From positions 160,001-224,000 of the forward strand of contig JBCBUK010000006.1 in NCBI GenBank assembly GCA_039818205.1: a stretch of DNA of 64,000 nt. The letters run 5' to 3'. A program made the position numbers and the translations under genes. Position 1 is the stretch's first letter; each line of letters begins with the position of its first letter. The stretch comes from Verrucomicrobiota bacterium (GTDB lineage Bacteria > Verrucomicrobiota > Verrucomicrobiia > Opitutales > Cerasicoccaceae). Below, piece after piece: positions 22,020 to 31,953 of this stretch. Under the pieces are notes generated by a model that saw only the letters and a list, made by a program, of their open reading frames with translations, was not told where the DNA came from and ran no database searches.

Positions 22020-22770
22020 GGATATAGGATAGTTAATAGACTGAATCAATTTTTCTGATTGTATCGATATTTGGCCGCAGTATCTAGATGTATCCTGGCG
22101 ATAATTGATACTTTGTTGCGCCAAAGGAGTGGGTAATCGGCTATTGTAACCCCTTTTGGCTATTAGAATATCGGCCAGTGGTTGTTAAAAAGCAGCCGTG
22201 AGGGTTGGTTTTTGTAAGCAAATGATCACATCTTCTGACTGCTGGGCGGGTTGATGTTGGAATCTTGCAGCCGTTTTTCCGACGTCGCGTTTGTACTATC
22301 GAAAGATAGTGCTTATGGAGGGGTAAATCCTGGCCGATAAACATACCCAACGGGTGATTGAGGCTTGACGGAAAATGACAAAAACAGTCCACTTTCTATA
22401 CCTTAACTTCCGTCGTATTGTTAACCCCATGTTCTGTCCAATTCAAATACAGTCATTGTTCGGTCGCTGGCGCTCTTGCCGATCGGATAGGCCAGTGTAT
22501 GTGTATTCGGCTGTTTTTGTGGGTAAACGATTGCGACCTTACTCTGTGCATTTTGCGCATACTTTGTGTTTTCATTTCCTTTCCGATTCGCTGGAATTTG
22601 CCAAATCCCAATTTGTTTGTGAAGGGGAACATAACATGGATTCCACGAGTCTTAAGTTGGAGGCACTTCCTTCGCAAATTTTTCTGCGATTAGGCGGCGC
22701 CACAGGAGTCGTTCAACCGGCTGAATAGCGTTGGTTAATGTGCCGATCTGAAACCCTTTAATTGAACCTT

Positions 22771-23748
22771 ATGAATAAACTACCCGCATTATTGGCCTTT
22801 GGACTCGCCTCGTTGCCTCTGGCAGGGATGCCAGATTGGAAGCCCGAGTTTGAGGATAAGCCTGTTGCACCAAAGTTGCTTAAGATGGTTGAGCAAGCGA
22901 TGCCGGACAAGCCACACGTTTCGCCTAAAGCGGATCGGAAAATTTTGGTCTTCAGCTCAACTTCCGGCTTTCGCCACGGCTCCATCCCTATTGGGTTGTA
23001 TGCGATGGAACAGTTGGGTGACCAGTCGGGTGCCTTCGACGTTGTGGTCAGCAATGAGTTCAGCAATTTTGAACCCGACGCGCTGGAGGAGTTTGACGCC
23101 GTCGTTCTCCTGAACACAACTGGCCCGATTTTCCTGCCGAATTGGAAGACCCAGAAGGATGATTTCACAAAGGAGGAGTGGCAGCAGATGATCAAGCGCC
23201 ACAAGCGCCTCATCGGGAATCTGATCGACTACGTCGAAGCGGGCGGTGGCCTTGTGGGAATTCATGCCGCGACGGATGCTTGCTATGGTGAGCGAGAGTA
23301 TGGCGAGGCCATGGGCGGTTATTTCGCCGGACACCCCTGGAACGGGAATAACGAGGTCACCATCGTCGTCGAAGACCCTGAGCATGCGGTTAATGAGCAC
23401 GCATTTGGAGATGTCGAAGACTTCCGCATCAAGGAAGAGATATATCAATTTCAAGATGAGCCTTACTCGCGGGAGCGCCTGCGAATTTTGCTCCATTTGG
23501 ATCCCGAGCGCAGTGACAAAGTCGACCCGAAGCGGATGAAGCGTGAAGATGGCGATTATGCGGTCTCATGGGTACAAAAGGTTGGCGATGGCCGCGTTTT
23601 TTACACAAGCTTAGGTCACAATTTCCACATTTACTGGGATCCGATGATTCTCAGACATTACCTCGCTGGAATCCAGTTCGCAACCGGTGACCTGGAAGCC
23701 GATACGACCCCCAGTGCAACGATCGCCATCCCACTAGAGCAGGAATAA
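22771..23748 (+). CDS. Exported ThuA-like domain protein
   Basis: Signal peptide, [32 protein letters not shown]. Confidence 0.88.
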   Translation: MNKLPALLAFGLASLPLAGMPDWKPEFEDKPVAPKLLKMVEQAMPDKPHVSPKADRKILVFSSTSGFRHGSIPIGLYAMEQLGDQSGAFDVVVSNEFSNFEPDALEEFDAVVLLNTTGPIFLPNWKTQKDDFTKEEWQQMIKRHKRLIGNLIDYVEAGGGLVGIHAATDACYGEREYGEAMGGYFAGHPWNGNNEVTIVVEDPEHAVNEHAFGDVEDFRIKEEIYQFQDEPYSRERLRILLHLDPERSDKVDPKRMKREDGDYAVSWVQKVGDGRVFYTSLGHNFHIYWDPMILRHYLAGIQFATGDLEADTTPSATIAIPLEQE

Positions 23749-23776
23749 ATTAGAACTTACAAACCTCAATAAACAT

Positions 23777-25066
23777 ATGGATTCGAAGAAAGCTTACTCG
23801 CGTCGCAACTTTCTCAAAAAGGGCACAGCCCTGGGGGCGGCAATGTTTAGTGCACCGATGATCCTCCGGGCCGAGACCCTGGGCATCAACGGCCACGTAG
23901 GTCCCAACAGCAAAATCAACGTCGGATTTATTGGCTTTGGTAAGCAGATGGGGGCGCACACGGGAATCATCTGGCAAGATGACGTGCAGCCAGCCTATGT
24001 TTGTGACGTGAAGTCCTGGGCGCTGGAAAAGGCGAAGAAGAACATGCTCAATGGTGGCTTTAAGGACATCAAGGCGACACCCAATTATGAAGACATCGTC
24101 GGTGATCCATCCGTTGACGCAGTCGTCGTTGTCACCCCGGACCACTGGCATGCCGCGATCTCAATCGCTGCGATGAAGGCTGGTAAAGACGTCTATGTCG
24201 AGAAGCCGATGACCTTGACCATCGATGAAGGTAAGGCGATGGTTGAAGCCGAGAAGCGCTACGGATCAATTGTCCAAGTGGGATCTCAGCAGCGTTCAGA
24301 CAGCAATTTCCGCAAAGCGGCCGAACTGGTTCGCAACGGGTATATCGGAGAGATTAAAGAAGTCCACACTCGCTTGGGATCATTCCCCCAGCCTGAGCTC
24401 CGTGCGCCTGAGGCGATTCCGGAAGGCTTTAACTACGACAAGTGGCTTGGACCTGCACCTTGGGAGCCATACTTCGAGTGGCGGGTTAAAGGTGACTACG
24501 GTGGCGGCTGGCGCTGCTTCTGGGACTACGGTTCTCGTAAGATGGGCGACTGGGGCGCACACCATTTCGATATCATTCAATGGGCCCTTGGCCGCGACAA
24601 TAGCGGTCCCGTTCTCTTCATCCCGAAGGGCTTCGAAGGCACCGAATACGCGACTTATGAATATGACGATGGCGTTAAGGTCTTGCGTGACACCAAGCCT
24701 GACAAGGGAATGATTACATTCTATGGCACCGAGGGTGAAATCACGGTTGGTCGTGGTGGTAATCTTGTGACGACTCCAGGCGAATTGGCAGGGATGCCAT
24801 TGAGCCCATCGGATACTCAGTTGTATCGCACGACCAATGATCACAAGCGTAATTGGTTGGACGGAATCAAGACTCGTAAGCCAACGATTTGCCCAGCAAC
24901 CGTTGGCCACCGTACGGGAACGATCTGCCAACTCGGCGGCATTGCTGAGCGCCTCGGGCGTCCGGTTAAGTGGGATCCGAAGGCCGAGAAGATCTTGGAT
25001 GATCCGGAAGCGGCGCGTTGGGAAGATCGGCCACGACGCGCGGGTTACGAACTTCCGGTTGTGTAA
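23777..25066 (+). CDS. Tat-exported Gfo/Idh/MocA oxidoreductase
   Basis: SRRNFLK Tat motif, GFIGFG, TPDHWH, VEKP, DWGAHH. Confidence 0.93.
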   Translation: MDSKKAYSRRNFLKKGTALGAAMFSAPMILRAETLGINGHVGPNSKINVGFIGFGKQMGAHTGIIWQDDVQPAYVCDVKSWALEKAKKNMLNGGFKDIKATPNYEDIVGDPSVDAVVVVTPDHWHAAISIAAMKAGKDVYVEKPMTLTIDEGKAMVEAEKRYGSIVQVGSQQRSDSNFRKAAELVRNGYIGEIKEVHTRLGSFPQPELRAPEAIPEGFNYDKWLGPAPWEPYFEWRVKGDYGGGWRCFWDYGSRKMGDWGAHHFDIIQWALGRDNSGPVLFIPKGFEGTEYATYEYDDGVKVLRDTKPDKGMITFYGTEGEITVGRGGNLVTTPGELAGMPLSPSDTQLYRTTNDHKRNWLDGIKTRKPTICPATVGHRTGTICQLGGIAERLGRPVKWDPKAEKILDDPEAARWEDRPRRAGYELPVV

Positions 25067-25093
25067 GTTGAAACGGACTACCTATTTTATCTA

Positions 25094-26986
25094 ATGAAGA
25101 AACACCTGTTATTTTTATTTGTTCTTGGTCTGGCTTCGGTGGCGCATGCTATCGAGATCGACCAGACCATCGAGCTGCTCGGTTCCGACGATTACAACGA
25201 GCAAACGAAAGCGCGCAGCGAGCTGAAGTTTGCGTTTGCTGATGCCAAGGGTTCGGATCACTTGCAGATCCAAACCAAGGTAATCGATAACCTGAACGGG
25301 TCGCTGCCGTTGGATCAGCGACTTTACCTGCTGCGTTTGCTGGAGTGGTTCGGAGATGACCAAGCAGTTGAGGCAGTTTCCCCTTTGTTAAATGACTCTG
25401 ACACGGCGGTTCAGGATAGTGCTCGTCGTGTATTGATGAGCATTCCTGGAAATGCCGCCGCGTTTGCGTTGGGTAATGGACTTCGTTCGGCGACTTCCGG
25501 CGAGGACAAGGCAAACTACATTGACGCGCTTGGCTATCGCAAGGAAGCCCGCGCGGTTCCGCTGATTAACCAGTATTTGGAAACCGGTGATGCGACCGTT
25601 ACTCGTTCAGCAGCGAACGCATTGGTCTCGATTGGTTCAACTGAGGCAATCCCCGCGCTCTTGGCTGCCCGCGGTTCAGCGGGTGAAGCTAAAGTCGATG
25701 TTGAGTTAGCAATTCTTTCAATTGGAGCTGACGCCAAGACTGCGAATGAGCTTGCGGCTAATAGCACCGATCCAGCTGTTCGCGTGGAGGCCTACGAAAC
25801 CTTGGTGGTGAAAGATCCCGCAGCAGCGGATAAGATTCTTGCCAAGCTGTTAGCGACTGAGGCGGCACCTGCACGGTCTCAAATGATCAACATTGCCATG
25901 GTTAAGGGCAATGCTCAGTTGCAGAAGCGCTTGGTCGACTATTTGCCGAAGGCATCAAAAGCCGATCAGATTTTGATCGTTGCTGCGATTGGGGAAGCCG
26001 GGCTCTCGCAATATGAAGGAGCAGTTCTCGCGGTCTTGGCAAATTCTGGCGATTGGTTTCAGAAGAACGTGACCATCGATGCGCTTGGTAATATTGGCAG
26101 CGATGCCAGCTTTGAGCCGATGTATAATGCGCTCATCAATGACTCGAAGAACAAGGTTATCCTTGATGCGGTTGCTCGTTTGAATGCGAGTTCCGCGGAT
26201 ACGAAAGCCATGGCGACGGCTCGTGATGCAAGCGTGGATCCAGCTGAGCGTATCTCAGCAATGAAGATTTTGTCTCTGCGCAATAGCCCGGGTGCTCTCG
26301 AATATCTGAATGAAGTTGTGGCGGATCCGAATGCTGATCGCAAAGTTCGCGAGGCGGCCATTAAGACTTTAGAAGACTTGGGTAACTTTGAGTCGGTCGA
26401 GATCTTCGTGACGTTGATTGGCAACAGTGATCCGTTGATGCGCTCGGCGCAGCGAAGCCTCAAGCGTTTGTCCCTCAACCTGCGGGCACCAAATGCTCTT
26501 TGGGATGGGTATTATCAGCCAGCGATTGCTAAGGCTTCGGATCCAGCGATTCAGGAGCGTTTCGTAGTCATTCTGGATTCGGTAGATTCAAAAAAGACGC
26601 TTGATTATTTGAAGCAGCAGATCCTTGACCCGAACTCTCCGCTGAAGGATGCGTCGCTAAAGGCTATGTCCCGTTGGTCTTCGGTTAAGTCAGTGGACGT
26701 ATGGATAGACATCGCAAATAAGTCAGACGAAATGGCTCCAACTGCCGTGAAAGAAATCAAGCGTGCCGTTACCAGCAGCCAGGTCAAAGCGGGACCCGTT
26801 GAGAAGGTCAACGCGATGGTCCGCGCCGTTCAAAAAGCGCCGAATGCCGAGTTTAAGCTTCAGGTGCTGGAGGCATTCGTTGATACGCCAGGCAATATGC
26901 GCTGGGCTCTAACTCACCTAGACAAAATCAAGGATGATCCGGATGTGACCGCTAAGGTGCAAGAGATCCGCGACAAAAACAGTTAG
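25094..26986 (+). CDS. Exported HEAT-repeat protein
   Basis: Signal peptide ending VAHA; repeated DALG/ALVSIG helical HEAT-like units. Confidence 0.85.
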   Translation: MKKHLLFLFVLGLASVAHAIEIDQTIELLGSDDYNEQTKARSELKFAFADAKGSDHLQIQTKVIDNLNGSLPLDQRLYLLRLLEWFGDDQAVEAVSPLLNDSDTAVQDSARRVLMSIPGNAAAFALGNGLRSATSGEDKANYIDALGYRKEARAVPLINQYLETGDATVTRSAANALVSIGSTEAIPALLAARGSAGEAKVDVELAILSIGADAKTANELAANSTDPAVRVEAYETLVVKDPAAADKILAKLLATEAAPARSQMINIAMVKGNAQLQKRLVDYLPKASKADQILIVAAIGEAGLSQYEGAVLAVLANSGDWFQKNVTIDALGNIGSDASFEPMYNALINDSKNKVILDAVARLNASSADTKAMATARDASVDPAERISAMKILSLRNSPGALEYLNEVVADPNADRKVREAAIKTLEDLGNFESVEIFVTLIGNSDPLMRSAQRSLKRLSLNLRAPNALWDGYYQPAIAKASDPAIQERFVVILDSVDSKKTLDYLKQQILDPNSPLKDASLKAMSRWSSVKSVDVWIDIANKSDEMAPTAVKEIKRAVTSSQVKAGPVEKVNAMVRAVQKAPNAEFKLQVLEAFVDTPGNMRWALTHLDKIKDDPDVTAKVQEIRDKNS

Positions 26987-27032
26987 ACGTCTCCCGACAT
27001 TCAACGACTTTTAGGTTAGTCATATATGTATG

Positions 27033-27068
27033 GTTGCCACGGCCTGAATGGGCGGTGGCAACTTTTTT
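27033..27068 (+). terminator. Rho-independent terminator (ThuA-Gfo-HEAT operon / mutarotase junction)
   Basis: GTTGCCAC...GTGGCAAC stem followed by T6. Confidence 0.8.
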
Positions 27069-27774
27069 ATTGCTCGGGCATCGCGGCCCAACTTCCGCCA
27101 CCTGAGATGAGTGGATAGAGGCAGGGTTCCGTGTGCGTCCACCAACGGTTGGTTACTGGATCAGCTTTCATGAGCTCATCGTCTGCAGCTCGATCACTGC
27201 CGATGTATTCTACATGGGTGAAGAGCATGAGGACTTGGTCAAACTCGATCATAAAAGTCGTCCAGTTTTGGTAATGGCTACGTGCCATTTGATCGATGAC
27301 ACCTGGCCAATTCGTTTGGTGCAGGGTGCGGTACCAGAGTTCCTGGTCTGGGTGGAGGCCTGCTGCTAAGCCTAGCGGTTGCCCAATCGAACGATCGCGT
27401 CGCGTGTTGTCGGCAATCACATTGATAAACTCGGCGCGTTGCCAGGGGGCGTCCGTCTCGGAGGCTCGCGGATGAGCTTGTAGGAGTGAATCGAGTGTCG
27501 CCCAATACGGTGAGCTTTGTTTGAAGACGGCGGCTGATTTCTCCTGATCGAGTTCGTTCATCTCGAAGTAAACGAATAGGATCGTGCGCTGCTCAAATGT
27601 CTGCAGATAGAGGTGCACGTGCAGAAGGCCAGCGCGGGCCAGTTGCTCCGTAAGGTCGGCTGGCTTTTGGCTAAGGCGATCTTTCAGCTTATCGATGTTG
27701 CTGGCGGGGACTTCAGCAATGAGTGCGACTCGGCGGAAGTGTTCGGCATTCAGGCGGTTTTCGTAGGGGGACAT
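27067..27774 (-). CDS. L-rhamnose/L-fucose mutarotase family protein with two tandem domains
   Basis: C-half YRTLHQTNWPGV...LFTHVEY...DPVTNRWW matches the RhaM pattern; N-half has a similar but degenerate pattern. Confidence 0.8.
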   Translation of the reverse strand: MSPYENRLNAEHFRRVALIAEVPASNIDKLKDRLSQKPADLTEQLARAGLLHVHLYLQTFEQRTILFVYFEMNELDQEKSAAVFKQSSPYWATLDSLLQAHPRASETDAPWQRAEFINVIADNTRRDRSIGQPLGLAAGLHPDQELWYRTLHQTNWPGVIDQMARSHYQNWTTFMIEFDQVLMLFTHVEYIGSDRAADDELMKADPVTNRWWTHTEPCLYPLISGGGSWAAMPEQ

Positions 27775-27858
27775 GTTGGTAGAGGGTTTCTATATCTTTT
27801 GGTCACTAGAACGATTCCGGAAATAATCGCATAATGGAGGATCTCTTATGATTCCCCG

Positions 27859-27875
27859 CATTGAGATTCTCAATG
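27859..27875. promoter_or_regulatory. Perfect palindrome, candidate operator between divergent mutarotase and sulfatase
   Basis: CATTGAGA-T-TCTCAATG. Confidence 0.5.
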
Positions 27876-27925
27876 AATAAAATTGATGGGCGCCTGCGAG
27901 CGACCTAGTTTAGTCGAAATACATC

Positions 27926-29497
27926 ATGCAAAAATTGGCCTACCTCTCGCTTTGTTTTGCTGCGGCAATTTCCCTGAATGCTGCAGACCGCCCCAATATC
28001 ATTTTCATCATGTCAGACGATCATGCCGCAGAGGCATTCGGCGTCTACGATAGTCACCTTTCCGGGCTGGACCCGACTCCCAACCTAGATCGCTTGGCGG
28101 CGGAGGGGGTGTTGTTTGAAAATGCCTTTTGCAATAACTCGATATGCACACCAAGTCGCGCGAGCATTATGACGGGTCAGTATCCGCAGACGAACGGCGT
28201 GCTCGACCTCGATGGCGTGTTAGAACCCGAGAAGCAGTACTTGCCCATGGAAATGAAAAAATTGGGCTACTCCACTGCGATGATTGGCAAGTGGCATTTG
28301 AAGAGCGAGCCAGTGAAATACGATTACTACAAGGTGCTCCCGGGGCAGGGTTTATATTTTGATCCCGTTTTCCGTGAAAAGGGGCGGGGCGAATGGCCGG
28401 ACAATGTCGTGGAGTCGACCGGACACTCCAGCGACGTTATTACCGATATCACAATTGATTACCTGGAGAACTTAGATCGCTCCAAGCCCTTCTTTATCAT
28501 GCACCATTACAAGGCGCCGCATGACGAGTTTGAGTTCGCACCGCGGTACAAAGACTACCTGGCGGACGTAAAGGTACCTGAGCCAGAGAGCCTCTATAGT
28601 CAAAAGGGTTTCGGATCCATTGCGACTCGGGGCGAAGAGGATTCACTGCGCACGGTGATTGGCACGTCGGTTTCGGACCGGCATGAGCGCCGCAACTACA
28701 CGAAGAATTACGTGAAGGAGCCGGGCGACATGTCCACCGAGGAAAAGACGAGCCAATCCTACCAGACCTACCTCAAAGACTACCTGCGTTGCGTGAAGGG
28801 AATTGATGATAACCTCGGGCGTCTCTTTGATTACTTGAAGGCAGAGGGTCTTTGGGAAAATACCATCATCATCTACACCGGTGACCAGGGCTTCATGCTT
28901 GGTGCGCATGACCTGATCGATAAACGTTGGATGTATGAGGAGGCCATGCGCATGCCGCTGATCATTCACTATCCGAAAGAGCTGCAAACTGGCGTTGAAA
29001 CCGATTTAATTGTTAACAATACGGACTTTGCCCCAACGATGATCGACTTGGCCGGCGGCGAAGTTCCGGATTACATGCAAGGGCGAAGCTTTGCCAACAC
29101 GCTTAAGGGCTTGCCTGAGGAGGACTGGCGCACCTCGACTTATTATCGGTATTGGATGCATATGATTCACCACTGGGTTCCGGCGCATTTCGGAGTCCGT
29201 ACGAAGGACTATAAGCTGATCCTTTATTACGGGAAAAACTATGTGCCGGAAGAGAACTGGAATGACTTCTATTGGGGTAAACAATACGAGGGTTACCTCG
29301 GAGAAACTCCGGTTGCCTGGGAGTTCTACGACCTCCGCAACGATCCCAATGAGATGACCAATCAGTATGGCAACCCAGAGTATGCTGCGGTGATCAAGGA
29401 ATTGAAAGCCGAGCTAGAGCGTAGCCGGATTGAGCTCGATGAAACGGATGAGCAATACCCGGAGTTGCAGGCAATCATTGAGGCTAATTGGCAGTAA
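27926..29497 (+). CDS. Exported formylglycine-dependent sulfatase (S1; resembles S1_11-type 6-O-sulfatases)
   Basis: Signal peptide, MSDDH, CTPSRA, GKWH, GDQG, DKR, YYRYWMH; subfamily is a motif impression only. Confidence 0.92.
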   Translation: MQKLAYLSLCFAAAISLNAADRPNIIFIMSDDHAAEAFGVYDSHLSGLDPTPNLDRLAAEGVLFENAFCNNSICTPSRASIMTGQYPQTNGVLDLDGVLEPEKQYLPMEMKKLGYSTAMIGKWHLKSEPVKYDYYKVLPGQGLYFDPVFREKGRGEWPDNVVESTGHSSDVITDITIDYLENLDRSKPFFIMHHYKAPHDEFEFAPRYKDYLADVKVPEPESLYSQKGFGSIATRGEEDSLRTVIGTSVSDRHERRNYTKNYVKEPGDMSTEEKTSQSYQTYLKDYLRCVKGIDDNLGRLFDYLKAEGLWENTIIIYTGDQGFMLGAHDLIDKRWMYEEAMRMPLIIHYPKELQTGVETDLIVNNTDFAPTMIDLAGGEVPDYMQGRSFANTLKGLPEEDWRTSTYYRYWMHMIHHWVPAHFGVRTKDYKLILYYGKNYVPEENWNDFYWGKQYEGYLGETPVAWEFYDLRNDPNEMTNQYGNPEYAAVIKELKAELERSRIELDETDEQYPELQAIIEANWQ

Positions 29498-30584
29498 CAA
29501 CATCGGCGCCAAACTCAACGAAGGCTGGCGTTGGAATGGCAAGCGAATGTTCCGTTGGCGTGAGGAGCCCGGTATCGGGATCGCGCTTCAGGCATGCCAG
29601 TAAGTCAGATTGTTGATTTGCAATGAGCAGGTGGCTATCAGTTGGGCTCAGGCACATATGTCGGGGAATGTTTCCCTGACAGTCGGTGTGCCCCATCAAA
29701 GCTAGCAGACCCGATGTTGGGTCGACGGCCAAGGTCGCGATGGTGTTGTGACCGCGATTGGCAACGTAAAGATGGCGCCCGTCTTGGCTAAGGCAAAGCT
29801 CTGAGCAATGGCTGGCACCTTGGTGGTTCTCCGGCAGTGTCGAGACAAGATCGAGCAAGCCGAACTCTCCGGTTTCCGCCGCGTAGCGTAAGACGGCTAT
29901 TTCCGAGGTGAGCTCCAATACACAGTAGGCGATCTCGCCAGTCGCATTAAATAACATGTGCCGTGGTCCGCTTCCGCCGGGGGCGTGGAACACGGGCCCA
30001 TGTTGCAGCTTCCCCTCGTTGACATCCAGCTCGTAGCTGCAGATCCGATCGGTTCCGAGGTCGACGAGAAAGGCAAAGCGATTGTCGGGACTCGTAAATG
30101 CTGCATGCGGATGCGGTGCCTCTTGGCGTTCGGTGTTTGGGCCACTACCGGATAGCTGAATCGAGTCAGTGGGTGCGCCTAGATGGCCATTAGTGTTAAC
30201 TGGATAGACCGCCATGTTGCCCTCGACGTAGTTGGCGCAGAGTAGCCAGCTGCCGCTTTGGTCGAGTTTAATGTACGCAGGCCCCTTTCCGAGCGAGGAG
30301 CACTCCTGCAGCTTCTGAATGTGGTGGTCCTTGCCGATCTCAAATACGCTTAGGCAACCATCTTCGCGTCCTTCGTAGTCATAGATTTCGCTAATGGCAT
30401 AAAGGCGATTACCAGCAGCGTTCTGGCAAAGATAGGAACTGTTCATGACGGCTTCCGAGCGGTTGATCTCCCGCATGGATCCGTCCTTCGCGTCGAACTC
30501 GATGACATGTATACCGTCGGCTTTGCCATGGACGTGGTCCATGCGACGGGTATAGGTGCCGATGTATGCGTAGGATTTTGACAT
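29484..30584 (-). CDS. Beta-propeller lactonase (6-phosphogluconolactonase/Pgl family)
   Basis: YIGTYT, ANY.EG, RQEAPHPH, DLGTD, GSGPRH, NRGHN, PRH; no signal peptide. Confidence 0.92.
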   Translation of the reverse strand: MSKSYAYIGTYTRRMDHVHGKADGIHVIEFDAKDGSMREINRSEAVMNSSYLCQNAAGNRLYAISEIYDYEGREDGCLSVFEIGKDHHIQKLQECSSLGKGPAYIKLDQSGSWLLCANYVEGNMAVYPVNTNGHLGAPTDSIQLSGSGPNTERQEAPHPHAAFTSPDNRFAFLVDLGTDRICSYELDVNEGKLQHGPVFHAPGGSGPRHMLFNATGEIAYCVLELTSEIAVLRYAAETGEFGLLDLVSTLPENHQGASHCSELCLSQDGRHLYVANRGHNTIATLAVDPTSGLLALMGHTDCQGNIPRHMCLSPTDSHLLIANQQSDLLACLKRDPDTGLLTPTEHSLAIPTPAFVEFGADVVTAN

Positions 30585-30625
30585 GGCTAGTTGGTGGGCC
30601 GAGATTTTGTGACTCAGCCAACCAA

Positions 30626-30631
<6 letters not shown>
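30585..30631 (-). promoter_or_regulatory. Long intercistronic hairpin between maoC-like gene and lactonase
   Basis: GCTAGTTGGT (30586-30595) / ACCAACTAGC (30621-30630) perfect arms plus inner GGC/GCC and GAG/CTC pairs. Confidence 0.65.
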
Positions 30632-31078
<447 letters not shown>

Positions 31079-31080
31079 GA

Positions 31081-31848
31081 TTAGATGCCGAGGTTTTGAT
31101 TAATTTGGTTGGCGCAGTGTTGCATCGCCCGGATGTATTTTTGAATGATTGGGGCGTTGATGTCGCCTCCAAGTAAGCTAACCGCGAGGGCTCCGCTGAG
31201 GTCGGTACCGGCGATTCCAATTGGGAGCGCAATATCTATTACCCCCGGAGAGAATTGACTCTGTGCGGTTTCAAACTGTTGCTCCCGAATCTTGTGTTGA
31301 CGCTTCTGATAGGCATTCTTTTTTGCCTGGCTTAGCTGTTGGTAATGCGTGTCCTCGGTGAGGAACGCCATCGCTTCATCCTCGTCTAATTGGCTGAGTA
31401 GGACGGCACCTGAGGCGGTTTGGGTGATCGGAAGCAAAGTGCCTTCTCCGACTGCGAGACAAACCCGTCGGGCTGGCATGCGCTCAATGATGATGAGAAG
31501 ATCGGCTCCGTTCTGCACGCTAAAGTGGCAGGCTTGGCCGATCTCATCCGCGAGCTGTTCCATGGGTTGTCGGACGGCCTTGCGCAGGCTGGTCATCCCA
31601 TTTTGTAGATGGCCGAGCTCAAACAGTTTGAGGCTCAGCCCGTAGGACACAGTGCCGCTTTGCTTCGTAACATAACCGCGCTGCTCAAGGACGCTAAGCA
31701 TGCGATAGATTTCGCTTGGCGTGCGTTCGAGCGCGTCGGCGATCTCAGCCTTGGAGCAGGGGTTGGGTTGCCCGGCAAGGAACTCAAGGATATCGAGGCC
31801 TTTTTCCAGGGCGGGGGCGCTGTATTTCTTTTCCGTCTTTGGGGGCAT
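31081..31848 (-). CDS. IclR-family transcriptional regulator
   Basis: [32 protein letters not shown] effector domain. Confidence 0.95.
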   Translation of the reverse strand: MPPKTEKKYSAPALEKGLDILEFLAGQPNPCSKAEIADALERTPSEIYRMLSVLEQRGYVTKQSGTVSYGLSLKLFELGHLQNGMTSLRKAVRQPMEQLADEIGQACHFSVQNGADLLIIIERMPARRVCLAVGEGTLLPITQTASGAVLLSQLDEDEAMAFLTEDTHYQQLSQAKKNAYQKRQHKIREQQFETAQSQFSPGVIDIALPIGIAGTDLSGALAVSLLGGDINAPIIQKYIRAMQHCANQINQNLGI

Positions 31849-31899
31849 GGATTAGTCGAATTATCGCCCCAAAGCTTTAACAAATTTTGAGCTTGATCA

Positions 31900-31932
31900 A
31901 TTCAAAAATAAATAAATGATTCATATTTGAAT
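31900..31932. promoter_or_regulatory. Two tandem candidate IclR operator palindromes
   Basis: ATTCA-aaaa-TAAAT (31900-31913) and ATTCA-tatt-TGAAT (31919-31932) in the divergent promoter. Confidence 0.55.
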
Positions 31933-31953
31933 TTTTAACCACCCCGACTCCAG

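Noticed and set aside
22293..22312. c-di-GMP-I riboswitch suggested by the GAAA tetraloop
   Set aside because: Flanking GGCAAA and GACGCAAAG consensus elements are absent
22141..22728. Several 74-117 aa ORFs in the ferredoxin-ThuA gap
   Set aside because: Mutually overlapping, atypical composition, no reductase (GxGxxG) or other motif
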